In this document: positions 24,744 through 38,800 of the stretch, in pieces
How positions within the stretch are numbered: position 1 is the stretch's first letter
Layout of the letters: every line of letters begins with the position of its first letter
Assembly: GCA_044892525.1 (NCBI GenBank)
Contig: CM097885.1
Location: 157,108,001-157,172,000 of the forward strand
Length of the DNA: 64,000 nt
Direction of reading: 5' to 3'
DNA from: Schmidtea polychroa
Lineage: Eukaryota
The notes under the pieces: generated by a model
The model's database searches: none
What the model was told of the DNA's origin: nothing
What the model saw: only the letters and a program-made list of their open reading frames with translations
Program-made: the position numbers and the translations under genes

Positions 24744-25350
24744 NNNNNNNNNNNNNNNNNNNNNNNNNNNNNNNNNNNNNNNNNNNNNNNNNNNNNNNNN
24801 NNNNNNNNNNNNNNNNNNNNNNNNNNNNNNNNNNNNNNNNNNNNNNNNNNNNNNNNNNNNNNNNNNNNNNNNNNNNNNNNNNNNNNNNNNNNNNNNNNNN
24901 NNNNNNNNNNNNNNNNNNNNNNNNNNNNNNNNNNNNNNNNNNNNNNNNNNNNNNNNNNNNNNNNNNNNNNNNNNNNNNNNNNNNNNNNNNNNNNNNNATA
25001 GCCCATAAAATGGATCACCCTGAAAAATTTATGACAGCTGTCTTTTCTAACAAAAAAATTGAAACAAAAAAAGTGCAAGTAGAACATCTAAAACAAAACT
25101 TTTATAAATTTATTGTATTTTAAATGTAAATGACATTCGCAATTCTAAACTCAACATATTATGCAAGTCTTGATCTAGATATTTATCTTTAATCTTTCCA
25201 TCTAAAAAAATGTTACATCATACGTGACGCAAGTTTAATTGAAACAATAAAATGCTAGTTATTACAATTTCTTATTTCAGTTTAAGCACAAGCGATTTAG
25301 TGAAAAACAGTCAGAAATCGGTATATTAAATTTCAAGCCTTTTCCAAACC

Positions 25351-25743
25351 ATGATCACCCCAATTTTGATGAGATTCTTAACCATCATCTTGTTACTCAG
25401 TTCAATGATTGTTTTACTGGTGCAAACTGACGATTATAAATCAGAGAAATGGAAACTCATGTTTTCCGCTTTTATCGGGTTCCCATTTTTATCTGAGCTT
25501 TTCCTTTACGTGCTCCATCTCAATGGGATCGGAGCAAATATTCAATGGACCTTCAATCTTCAAAGGACCCTTATTGGAATTGGATTGGTATCTCTGATGA
25601 TTTATTTGAAAATTATCAACTATTATGAAGACTACAATTTTGCCTCAGCGGTTTTGCTGGGTGGTTCAGTAGGTATTTTACAGATTATTTTCAACACTTT
25701 CTATTTTGAAGAAAAGTTAGTCGATGATTCGGTTCAATTGTAA
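25351..25743 (+). CDS. Intronless 130-aa protein with about 4 hydrophobic helices, function unknown
   Basis: ATG-to-TAA intact ORF, less AT-rich than flanks. Four hydrophobic stretches and an acidic tail (FEEKLVDDSVQL). Confidence 0.65.
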   Translation: MITPILMRFLTIILLLSSMIVLLVQTDDYKSEKWKLMFSAFIGFPFLSELFLYVLHLNGIGANIQWTFNLQRTLIGIGLVSLMIYLKIINYYEDYNFASAVLLGGSVGILQIIFNTFYFEEKLVDDSVQL

Positions 25744-28700
25744 ATTCTGTCTGATTTCGTATGAAAAATATTATTATTCCATGTTCCGTGTTGTAGAAAT
25801 AAACTTTGTCGTTTAATCACATTTGTTCACTGACATATTATCAAATGTTACAATTTATTTTTACTAAATTTAACGTTTGCAATCCTAAACTCAGCTATAC
25901 TATTCACATACTTAATGTCCTTACTCCAATGGTGTTTAATAGTCTTTTCCTCCTTCATTTAGTGCTATTTATAGATAACAAAATATTGACTGTTACACTG
26001 GCTCTAGGAGGAGGACATCATTAAAAACCTTGACAATAAAAGATTTTTATGAGCGTTCTTTCATCAATTTCATGGGTGGGTGTATACAAAATTAAAACGG
26101 TTATTAAATAAATTGAGTATTGGAGATTAAATCTAGCCAACGCACTTGGAGTGCAAAGTGTGAATTTTAATTTGAAGTATATTTACTTTTCTTTTGATTT
26201 GTAAGCGGTATTTATATGTCAAGATTGGAAAATATTTATCTTGCATACCTTGTCTCTTTATATATACCTTTATTGCTAAAATGGTATGGCTACCTTGTAC
26301 TTTTGAGAAAGTTCAATACTTTGTAATCTTGCATTCACAAAGGAAAAATAAAACTTATTTGTGTTGAGCACGAGTAGTCAGATGACAAGTTGTTTCCTGC
26401 CTAACTTATTTATTAGCCAAACAGATCTATGAGACGTACATGGTGAGAAAAAGATTGTGTTTTTAAGTTTGGGATTACGTAGATGAATAAAAATAAAATT
26501 TAAATTCATAGAAATTCTAGTGCAAATCAATAAAAATTCTGAAAAATTAATTAAAATTTGAAAAAAATCGAACAATTAATATTTTCGAAAAGAAAACAAA
26601 CAAAATGTTAGAAACAAATATAGTAGTTTTCAAACAATGGAAGTCTCCAGATAATGTCAATGCTTAATTACAAACTAATTAATTAAAATATTGTTGACGA
26701 CATCAACTGTCTCAGTAGGAAAACAAAATCACTGAACTTGACAGGCGTAATATCAGTCTTAAGCAGCGACAAAGCATTTAAAATTTATTTTATTCATTCA
26801 GATGGAAAGTTGGAAAATAGACTCGAGAAAAGAAGGTGAATAATGTCAGGGTAGCAGATGTGGAAATTATTTTTCTTATTATAAAGAAAAAATTGACTAT
26901 ATTTCCTACCCTGGCCTAAGATAAAATTAGACAATCGATTCATAAAAAGTGCCTTTGTATTTTGAAATATAGTTTGAGATGATTTTCCTTCGGATTACAT
27001 ATCAATTGAATAAAACAATATTATCAATTAATGAATTAAACAAATAAATTACTAAATTAATTTTTGTTTTTGGTTATTGAGTCAACAGATGAATTTGAAT
27101 TGTGAAAAGTTATTTTTTGTAAATAAAAACTAATTGTGTCATGTCTTGTTGTTTTGAATAAGAACTTGTTTTTCTTAATCAAATGCAAATTTGGTTTTGC
27201 TTTAATCGCTTTCGTATTCTCTTGGCCAATTCAGTAAAATATTTTTATTTTAACTTTTTAATCAAAGTTTTACCATTTGCTTTTACAGGGTTTTTCCCCA
27301 TTCATCATTCCCTTTAATGAGAGCTATCATCTCATTATCTGAGATGTCCATGTAATACACGGACTATTTCTTTCCTTATTCAATTATTTTTGTTAAATTG
27401 GTTTGCTATCTCTTTTCTCGACATAACCTCGCAATATTTTGGTAAAATCTCCAATTTCCTATTTTGACCTTCATTCCCTGATATCTTCAATGATTTATGA
27501 GTTTCATTTAAATACTAATAAGATTAATTAGTTAATTTCATTATTTGTTTTCCGTTCGAGACCCTCATAGGAACGTCTCATTAATTTAAAATTATTTTAA
27601 ATGTCTTCAGATTTTCATTTGCAACCGGTAAGCACTTTTCCTTTTATTTAATACATTTTTGTATATACAATTAAAAAACAAGGTATTTTTTTAGTTTTGC
27701 AGCTTCATAGTTGGATCCTTTATAGTTTCAATATCTTACCGTTTTCCAATTTCAGTGTTGTTCCTTAGTATTATACCAAGTCCCCTTTGAGAGTCAATTA
27801 CAAATGATAATGTAATGAAAAAAATTGAATTCTTTTTGAACCCAACTAAATTTATTCATATAAACCGAAGTTATTAATAATATTTATACTAGATTGTGAA
27901 AGACCTACATTTAAGTTGTTTATAATATTTATACTAATTATATTAAATAAACTTTATATTTTTTTTTAATTAAAAATTTATAATAGAAATCTGTTTCAGT
28001 TACTTTTAAATTTATATTTATTTTTTAAATTTTTATTTTATTGAACTGAAAAATTAATATTTGTACTTGTACGAGTTGAAATTTGATATTTATTTTAATT
28101 GTGTCTATTATCTAGTTATAATTAAAATAATAATATAAAATATTGCAAAAGTATATCAATTCCTCAAATTGTCTTCAGAAATATATTTATTAAAATTTTT
28201 GACTATTTATTTGAAAAATGTTTTAATTAATAATTTTTTTTGATAAATTTAAATATTATTGGTCTGTTAAATTTTAATTTTGTATTTAAACGAATTGAAA
28301 TTTGATATTTATTTTAATATTTCTAATTATCTAGTCATCATTAAAACAACAATATAAAATATAAATATATCTTTTGTCAAAATATGATCATTATTAAAAT
28401 TTTTAATGAATATAGGTTTAATTATAGGCAATTTTCAAGAGAAACGTTCACTGCGTTAATTTTAGTAAGTTGCTGTACTTGAAAAGAGTAGTACATAGGT
28501 GTAAGCGTAACAATCTGATTCTAAGAGTTATTAGATTTTCTATCATTTTCAAAATTATATTCAAATATAATATGAAGAGAAATAAAAAGAATATTGAAGA
28601 TAATACCTGCCCTTTAATTTTATTCAAAAGAGTTAATTTTAAAATGTCTAGTATCTAGACATCCATGACCTCTCAATTTCAGAGGATGATATTAATTATT

Positions 28701-29602
28701 TTTCTGAACCTATTAAAGAATTTTGGCTGTGTCCCTCATGTAATGTAAAGTAAGCTTTTTACAAAGCATAAAGTTGCGTTCGTAAATAAACAAAACTTCA
28801 AAATGATTTTTACGAATTTATTTACGAACATTATTTTAGGTGTTTCCAGTATGAAAGTGGAACGACTCTTGTCAGAACGCTCCTTTAATATTTGTATGGA
28901 AATTTATATTATTTTTAGTATTTTTTGAATAAAAAATTTTCTTTTTTGTGCTTTCTTTTTTTTGAATTGATGTCTCAACACTTTTTTCTCACTACTTTTT
29001 TTTAATAATTTAACATAAACTTTTACTATCTCCATTATCCAATATTTAGTTTCAATTAATTATTCAATTAATTAGCCAATTAATTGATGAAATATTACGC
29101 ACTTGATATTGAGTGATATTATTTAGCTATGATTATAATTTGCTATTTCTTTACTATTGTCAAAAAGTCATAACTAGGACTTTTCAGAGAAATTATATGA
29201 CCAAGGGCAAACCATATTTCTGATACTATTCAAATTTATTAAAATCTATTAGAAATAAAGTTTAAAATTTTTTTTAGATATTGCATTTTTGGTATTCAAG
29301 ACATATATTGAATTAACTAAGAATAAATCTAAGACTGAAAATTTATTATATCTAATAAAAAAGACATTATTTAAACAAATAATGTTTTAAGATGAATTTT
29401 CATAAATGTGAATTACTTAATTACTGCAATGTGAAATAAATCAACTCACACAGCAGTGCTTTTACTAAACATACACCTAATTAAATTTTATTTAATTAAA
29501 ATTTGTGATTAACTTTTTAATTAATAATATGATACTTTATATTTAAAATTAACTTTTAAAATTAAAAGAAAGCACCACCCAAAAACCCTATTAAGATTAT
29601 GA

Positions 29603-31122
29603 GAAAGTGCCGCTCGAAAATTCGTTTAACGATATAATTCGACATTATTCCTGCCATCATCAGGTAGGATAGAATAACTATAGAAATTATTGATTTATTA
29701 ATTATATATTTTTAATAAAAATATTTTATTTTGTAAAAACTATAAGTTATAATTTAATTAATAAATAATCTTTTTAATTGTAGCAATTAGGAAAAATGAA
29801 ATTTTAAAATATTGAAATTTAAAATTATTCAATTTAATAATTTAATAATTATTTAATTTAACAATAACAATCCATACAAAAAACTATTTAAAAACTGAAT
29901 TTTGATCGTTAATTTTGGGATCCAATGACTTTATCAAAAACGCTTCACAATTTACACGTTCCCAATAATTATTGAAAGTTTTTAATAAAATTTCAAAATC
30001 AGACATACCAATTTTTCTCTTACATCCCTTATTGTGCTCACTAATATTGTTCAATGGGTTCAGTCTATAATGTTCTCGAGCTCGAATACGGAAATGTAAT
30101 TGGGTGTAATGTAATGGTTGTAATGCCACATACATTAGAAATGAGATCAGAAAACAATCCAACTTAGACTTATTAATAAACATACTTTACTTTACTTGAA
30201 TTTGACATAATCTTATAATTAAAATTATCCAACTGCTTACAAAGAAAAAGACCATGAACGATAAATCGATCCCTTCTCTTATACTTGAATTCACAAAAGC
30301 TTTTGGGTGAATTACAGAAACCAGTATTGGTTGGGTTTTTATAATTCTTTTTGTCGTAGTGTTTCTCTTTGCGTTGTATTAACAAATCCAAGAAACCAAG
30401 TGATGATTTTTTTTCTCAGTTTCACATGTGAGTGCAATGTTTTTATGTAGACTATTCATATAATGCAAAAATGGCTCAATATGCCTCTGATGGTCAAATA
30501 TAAGAAAAATATCATTCATATACCGTTTTAAAACAGTGGGTTTCATAAATTGAAAAATGAAATTTTCTTTTCTAAACTTGCTAAAAAATTGAAGCCATTG
30601 TTGGTACTAAAGGAGAACCCATAGCAACTTCATCTCTTTGTTGATACCATTTATTACTGAAAAGAAAATTGACTATTGAAGTAGCAAGAAAATCACGAAA
30701 TGCACTCCCATCCAAAATATGATGTTCAGAGATGTTTTCATTCCATAACAAGTAACATAAATCAATAGTTTCAACCAATTGTACATTAATAAACAGACTA
30801 CAAACATCAAACAAAACCATAATTTTATCGATACTTTGTCTATCATATTGTGCAATGCAGGAAATAAATTCAAAACTATCTTTACATTCAAACTCAGATC
30901 GTATTAATGGTTTTAATAATCCATTCAAATATTGGCTCTTTTATACTGAGCAGCACCAACCATGGATAAAACAGGTCACATAGACACATCATCTTTATGG
31001 ATTTATGGAAGCCCATACCTTTTTGCTGGTTGTTGTAATTTCTATAGTTATTTTATCCTACCTGAAAATGACGAGGAAACTGTCGAAATATATCGAAAAA
31101 CGAATGTTTGAGTCGCGCTTTC
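29603..31122 (-). mobile_element. 5'-truncated Penelope-like retroelement (RT + GIY-YIG) flanked by inverted terminal repeats
   Basis: RT: MVLFDVCSLFINV..ETID, YQQRDEVAMGSPLVPTMASIF (30581-30928). GIY-YIG C-half: RAREH...SDFEIL...RVNCEAFLIKSLDPKIN (29884-30183). About 87-bp inverted repeats at 29603-29690 and 31036-31122. Confidence 0.85.
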
Positions 31123-31273
31123 TTATAATTATATTGTTGACATGTATATTTAAATATTTATTTTAAAATTAAAATTAATATTTTTATGTTAATTCTCTTT
31201 ATTATTTTAATTTAATATTTTTTGAATATTTTTTCTAAGTTTTATATTTAAATTAATGTTAATTGTATTTATT

Positions 31274-31446
31274 AAAAAATCGACTATGAATCGATAAAGA
31301 TATCGATATTAATTTTGATATCCATGAATTTTCAGTACAACCTTTTTCGAAATTTCGGATCAAAATCACTTGAAAAGGCAGTGCCGAAAATTCGTGAATA
31401 ATAAAAAAACATCGATATATTTACTGATTCATAGTCAATATTTTAA
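31274..31446. repeat. Head-to-head inverted pair of the ~85-bp Penelope-like repeat
   Basis: Left arm GACTATGAATC...CATGAATTTTCAGTACAACCTTTTTCG is the inverse of right arm CTTGAAAAGGCAGTGCCGAAAATTCGTG...GATTCATAGTC. Inverted symmetry extends into the AT-rich flanks. Confidence 0.7.
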
Positions 31447-31519
31447 TAAATACAATTTAAATTAATATTTAAATTTTGAGAAATATAAGTATATGATTAA
31501 GAATGTTTTATGCATTATT

Positions 31520-31525
31520 TGTTAA

Positions 31526-31602
<77 letters not shown>
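31520..31602. repeat. (ATT)n microsatellite
   Basis: Direct reading. Similar tracts at about 11555-11616, 58137-58200 and 59636-59722. Confidence 0.95.
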
Positions 31603-31604
<2 letters not shown>

Positions 31605-32568
31605 AATATAATTTATCATTTATGTATTATATTTATTAAATTTATTTTCTTTATTTTTCATAGGTAATTGAACCGTGAACAAAAATTATTGGTGAACTCC
31701 AACATTACGAAAACACTGAGATCTGGAGCAGTTACCCTTTCTTGAATCAATGTCTTTAAGAAATACCAGAGCTTCTAGAACTGTGACTTGTTGTACTCAT
31801 TGACTCCTGACAATATTTTGTCACTATTTGTTAAGTGTTTTAAATTGAATTTTTGAGTTCAAAAGTACATTTTAAAAATCTAAATGTAGATAAAATTATA
31901 AAATTATTTTCTAATTATAAATAATGAAATAAATGGTCAAAATTAATTTCTCAGCCTTATTAATTAAAACAAAATAACAAACACATTTGTGAGAAAGTTG
32001 TTTTAATATTCATTTCATTTGTTATTTGTAGATTTTCACTGACACGCGTAAATATTCACAGGCAAAAATTATCAAAATTTTTCTTGAGATTTTCTGTTTG
32101 CTTTTTTTCTGAATTTTGTTTTGGACAGCATTTACAAATTTGAAAATTTCACAATCAGTGACGCAATTGCATCCAGTTTAATGTGAGTTTGCTGTTGCAA
32201 AATCAAACAGTGCTCCAATGTGAACAAACAAAATGAAATATTATTTTATATTGCTTGAAAAAATGTCAATGAAAAGCAACACAAAAATTGTTCACATTTA
32301 ACATTTCACTTCACAATCAAATGTTGATTATCATTATATATAAACATTATATATAAATATAAATTTAAATAGACTTAGTGATACATATCGTGGATTTGGA
32401 ATTTATCACAGAGTTTGTTGAATTGATATATTCCTTTTGTTGATTTTATCGCTGCCAATTCAGGTTTGATACAGTCGCAGCAATGCATTGATCATTGTAT
32501 TCAATTGCAATTGTTGTTTGTAAGTCAGAATGTGTGCATGCAAATGTATGTATGGGTTATGTGCAACA

Positions 32569-32680
32569 TTCATTCCATTTGTCAGTCAGTGTGTGTGTGC
32601 GTGCAGTATCCATTCCATTTGTCAGTCAGTGTGTGTGCGTGCAGTATCCATTCAATTTGTCAGCCAGTGTGAGTGCATTC
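32569..32680 (+). repeat. Three tandem ~40-bp units upstream of the fibrillin ATG
   Basis: CATTCCATTTGTCAGTCAGT(GT)nGCGTGCAGTATC repeated about 3 times, ending about 150 bp before ATG 32829. Confidence 0.85.
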
Positions 32681-32828
32681 ATACAAGCTGTCAACGCTGA
32701 GTAATAATGTAACCTTAACAGCGACTGTCTTTGTCTATGCAACGAACCGCTGCGATATTTCAGATCAGATCAATAAAGGCTTCTTTATAAGGTTTAGCTA
32801 CTAATATTTCAAAGGTAATATTTTCTTC

Positions 32829-35800
32829 ATGATTCTATCGTTTGGTCTACTATCAATTTTTGGATTATTTTTCGTTCATTTTCAAACCGTTTATAGCGAG
32901 TTTGTTTTTATGAATAAAATTCAAGCTTGTAATTGTCAGTGAATATTTTAGAAGCCATATTTGCGGGGTCAATGAAAACTCATTTGTCTGTTGTTCTGGA
33001 TACAGGCTAGACAGTGATGGAGATTGTACAATTCGTGAGATTTTTGATTGATATTTAATTTAAAATTAACAAACTAAATTGATCTATCAACAGCAATTTG
33101 CGTCAATCGCTGTGGAAGAAATGGAGCATGCGTCAGACCGAACACGTGCCAATGTTCTAATGGAATGATTGCGTCTTCTTGTGATGAAGAGGATCAGAAT
33201 AATAATGGATCCCCTAACAATAATGGTAAGTCACACGATTCAATGGTTATGTGGCTTCAAACATTGTTCTTTATTTATTAAGATAATGAATGTCGAAACA
33301 ACTGTAACAATGCCGGGACATGTGTCAATGGGAGATGCCAATGCAAACCGGAATTTACTGGAGAATCGTGCTCAGGTAGTTTATTTTTCATTGTGATTTA
33401 AACTATTTTAAATTTTGAGACAAAAGAAATTTAAAGAGGATTTTATAAAATCTTTTTGACGAAAAGGATTAGATATTGTTTATGAAAGCTCATTTCTCTC
33501 ATATCGTGTTCTTTGCAGTGGATGTGTTAATTATGCTTGGATAAAATACTGTGAAATGTCAAATTTCAAAAAATGAGTATCCACCAATAAAGGCGCGGCA
33601 AATATATGCGCAGATAAATCTATATCGAATCGTGAATTAAGTATTTATAACTAGATTCTATAAAAGGCATATAGTGATTAAAAAAAGATATGGGCTACAG
33701 TCTTTCGCCGAACATAGCGCCTAGGCATTATGTTCGAATTAAATGTGTGAAAACTCTAAATATGACACACAACCAAGTTTTGTCATATGACACATTTGCT
33801 TGTTGGGTACTTTACATTAAAAAATAAAAATTATATACGAAATTCCAATCTGTTGCGATTCAGATTTGCTGATTACATTTTTTTGGTTATATTTTTTATA
33901 ATTTTCGTAGTAAGCAATGACAATTCAAAATATCATGTTTTGACTACTTCTACTTTTACTGAGCAATGTGTTTACGATTTGACAGCACATGAATAAATGT
34001 TACTTTATGAAAAAATTTCAAGTTTTTAAAAAAAAATTATAGAAAATTAATACTCCTCTTACAAATTAACCAAGTGAATGTTTTTAGCACGCTATTTCGT
34101 AAAGGTAGACTTTTTAATTTTAATTAATTCAAAGATCATTTCATTTATTTTATATTTTATGATTTCAGCCATAGCCATAGAATGTCAAATAACCTAAAAA
34201 GAGAAATTTAGGAAGAAGTATTACAATAATAAAAATAGTTGTATATTTCTGACATCTTGACGGCTTTGATTATTTTAAATTGAAAGTATCATTTTCATGG
34301 ATAGTGAATAAGTTTCATATGGAATTTTGAAAAAATCAAAGTATTATTAAAAAAATAAATATTGAATCACTTCAACAATGTTTCAAAGATTTGGGAAATT
34401 GTTTCATTTTTACCATAGTTTTATCAGTTTTGCTTGATAATCAGAGATTTCTTATGTCATTTATAGCCCTGAGATTTCAAGCGAAAATATTAAAAAATTC
34501 GATTTTTTTAATTCAATCTTTTATTGTCTATTTAAAAAAATGAAGTAAATTTCTTGAACTAGAAAATCTTATTTTTTTGATTAATAAGTTTAACAACTGA
34601 ATATTTAAACAGTAACTTTATTTTACAAATGGCTAAATTAAACTTCTCGGGGTACATAAATAAATTAATTAATTAATTAATAATTAAATAAATAATTAAA
34701 TAATAATAAAATAATAATTCAATAATACGCCGATCAAAACTATATATTTATTATTCGGTATATTATTCTGTACAAAATAAAATATTTAAATATTAATTAA
34801 TTAATTAATTAATTAATTTATGTACCCCTGAAAAGTTTGCTATAGCCCAAATTTTAATTATCTGAAATGAGGAAGGGACAATTTATGGTTATGGAGATAA
34901 TATAGATAAATGTTTATTTGGTAAAAAGGTGTGAATTTTCCGTATAATATTTTCACTTCAGATACAACTACGATATAAAAATTATTATCTGCAAGCAAGG
35001 AAGATTTTGTTGAACATGAGTGATACACTGAAAACCCTCGTATCAAAATAAGAGTTGAGACTATTTATAAAAGAAAATTTTGTCAGTGAATAATAGAAAA
35101 AAGAGTCTAAATACATTGTTACCCTTTTATCAATTTCAGATATAGCTTCAAATAATCGCTTTTATCATTTCTATCATTTATCATTTTCACCATTTCCATG
35201 CACACATTTGATGAATCGGTTATAGGAAAATGTAATTGCTGATAAAGATGGGTATTTTGAAAAATTATTAAATTATATTTTATTAACTATTAATAAACTT
35301 TCTAATATAATGTTTTGAAACACTGTAACCACTATTTTCATATTAAATCCCATAACTTTTTAACGAAATCACTAGGTGGATTGATAAGTCTTTGATCTAC
35401 AAGGGGAAAAGCAGTTTTTGAAAACTTCTATTTTACTATTCAACATAGACTTCCTTAAGCTTAAGCAATTTCATCTAACGGTTTCAGATTTTTTAAAACC
35501 ATCAAAAAATAGAATTTGTCAAACCCTCCGAATTATGAATCTGCTTCCCATTCCATTTCTTCGTTTGACTAAAATCCCCTACCTATAAGCAATCTCATCA
35601 AGTTTTTGAATAAGAAAAAGTCACTTATTTCATCTTCAAATGTGATCGTTTTGCTTAAAGTTCCTTTTTCAACGATACAGTAGTGCTGAGCAATATTTAC
35701 CGGCGATTGTTCTATCTTTTTGAATATAGACGATGAATATTAACCCATATCCGTCCCAAAAAAATGTCTTTCACTTTCCCAGTAGATAGTTGCGTTTTTG

Positions 35801-38800
35801 GTCGTTTCGGAGCATTTATTAGCTTCTACCTATGTTTTTACTGCTTTGCTGGCTCTGTCATGAAGTAATGGATCCATGTTTCATCATTGGTGATGTATTG
35901 CCGCAAACATTAATATGAATCACATTGAAAAGCTTTAAACATTGGCAGGAATCATCAACTCGTTGTTGTTTTTGATCGTTTGTTAATGAACCTACTTTGC
36001 AATCACCTTTTCCATAAACATGTGTTCATGAATACTTTTAAAAACACGTTTCGAATTTCTTTTGTATTTTTTATGAGTTCCAAAGTACTTGACTCACTGC
36101 GTTTAACGTCTGTAATTCTCGTACAATCATGTCTAAATGCATTATATCAAAAAATAAAACTGATTTTGCTGGTGCAAATTCATTATAATGTTTATCAAGC
36201 CATTCCTTTCGTTGCACCGTTAACACAAAAAAGTCATCTTTTTTGATTGTTATAGTAAATAAACGGTTTAATTTAAATGGTTGTCAATATTTGAGATTCA
36301 GATCTGAAAATTTAAATTTTGTCTCGTAACATAATACTTTATAAAATCATATATATTTTATACTTATGAAGCGATCTCTTGCCAAGACCAAAGACTTACC
36401 AAATCGCCTAGGATATATAAAGAGAAAAGGACAATTAGATTTTATTACAATATCATAAAGTTAAGAGAATTAAACAATATTAGTCTTACTTTTATTCTTT
36501 TCACACAGAAATCGTAAATGGTGAATGCTTTCTAAATTTATCGAGAGGAATATGTATGAAACATCCATATGGTTTTCAGTTATCTAAAGAATTATGTTGT
36601 GGGGCATTTCAAGTTGCTTGGGGGGATCCATGTCAACGTTGTGAATTGGGAAGATGTGAGAAAGGATTTATCGAAATTGATGGAATTTGTCGAGGTATTC
36701 GATTTTAAAATTTACCAGGTTATAATTGCTATTAAATGTTTTAGATATTAACGAATGTCAGTGGCCTCAAATATGCAAATCTGGAAAATGCATAAATGAA
36801 CGTGGATCATTTAGGTAATTGTTAATTTTTTGGAGTAAATATAAATATTATATTCATTTATGTAACTAACACTTTAGTAATAATAAGCACATAATGAAAT
36901 GAATTATCTTTGTAGGAACATAAGACTGATATTTAAAATATATTCATAAGAAAATCCAGGATCCGACGAAGTTAATTTACCATAAACAATTGATTTGTCA
37001 TTCAAGATCAATGAGTGATTATTGATCCAATTATATTTTATATAGTTGCAATCAGGGGTGATTTGATGTTCCTTTGAGGATTTGTAATGCGATCGGATAT
37101 TTCGAATATTGATAGCGCATGAGAATCCAAGATAGAAGTGAGACATCGACCTTCATGACGAGCTGATGTTTCGAATATTGTAATATTGGGTTTTAGAAGT
37201 GACGTAAAATTGATAAAATTCCATGGTTTAATATACATTTTGAAATAAAAAGCGGCAATGTTCGAAAGAAAAACGAATATTAAAACAACGTGATTTAATT
37301 TAATAATGCATTTGTAATTTAATTATTAAATTAATATATTTATTAATTGGAATGTCATTAATTGGAATTTTATAATACAGATTATTTATATAATCTGTAT
37401 TATAAAATGATTTTATTATCGATTAAAAAAATATTATAATTATTTTAAATTATATCTCTGTTTATTGACCATATCAAACAAACAAAACCATAGTATTCGC
37501 AAAAAATTATTATGTTATTATCTGTGCAAAATATTTGGGGTATTTATTATAATTGTTGTATAACCTTCGAATGACCTTTTGGTATATGAATATTTTTACA
37601 TATTTTAATTGGTTCTAGCTGTAAGGTAATGAAAAGGAATAATGAAAATGAAATATTAAAATTTATTGTATATATAAAACTTTGCTCTAGGCTGTTACTA
37701 TTTTCATTCATATTATTTGTATTATTTATATATATATTAGTAAAAATTGTTTTAATTTATTATATTTTAGATGTCTGTGTTCTTCTTCATATCAATTTGA
37801 TCCAATCCAGGCCGATTGCGTTCAAATGAAAAGTAAGCAACAGTTATATATGATATTAATCGTTTGTAGTTGAATAATTATGCTGCCGATGCGTAAAATA
37901 GTATCATATTTGACCATAATAGATGATATTTCATAATTTTATTGTCATATGATGGTAAGAATAAATTAACCATGACTAGTTGGTAAATGATGCCAAATGT
38001 ATTATTGTACATATGAAGTGCAAAATTTTTAAAACTCATTTTTTCTAACCACATTTTGTTCCACAAACGAATATATTAGGATTCCAACATTTATCGTTAA
38101 TTTCGTTCTTGAATGTTATGATACCCTTCTGCAAGGGACGTGTTATGCCCTAGGTTGTACATGCCTTATCATAATAAGTTCAAAAAGTGCAATTAAGTAG
38201 TGACACTAATTGGCTGACTTATTTAAAATTTATCAGAGTAAGATTTTGGTGAAATTCCCAATTCTTATAGCTAATTTTTCTCTTTCCTTCTACTTCAACA
38301 CTTCCAAACTACCTATAAGAAGTTCATTGTCTTACTTGGTTCATTTGCATCATCGAACGCTGTATCAAAACTTCTGCACTTAACTAATGGATCAAAAACA
38401 ATCTTGATTAAAGATTTTATCTCATTACAGTTAATTTTTTCGAAATATCTTTTTTGCCATTTTTCGAACTTTTAATTTGATTTTACATTCGTCAACATTT
38501 TAATGAATGATTCATGAATTTATTGATGGTAGTATGATCCAAATTTAGATCAAATTATGATTCATTTTATTGAGTTTGATTTTGAGTTACTGAATTGAAA
38601 TGGATGTTGTTTGTGTTGATAATTTCGGTGAAATGTTGATGACAAATGTTGATGTGATTTAGAAAAATGTGAACAAATTCCGAATCTGTGTGGACCTGGA
38701 ATGGACTGTGTTTCGTTATCAATATACAATCACCTTTGTAAATGTTTACCTGGCTATGTGAAATCTCTCGATGGAAAATCTTGTAAGTACTAATTGGTTT

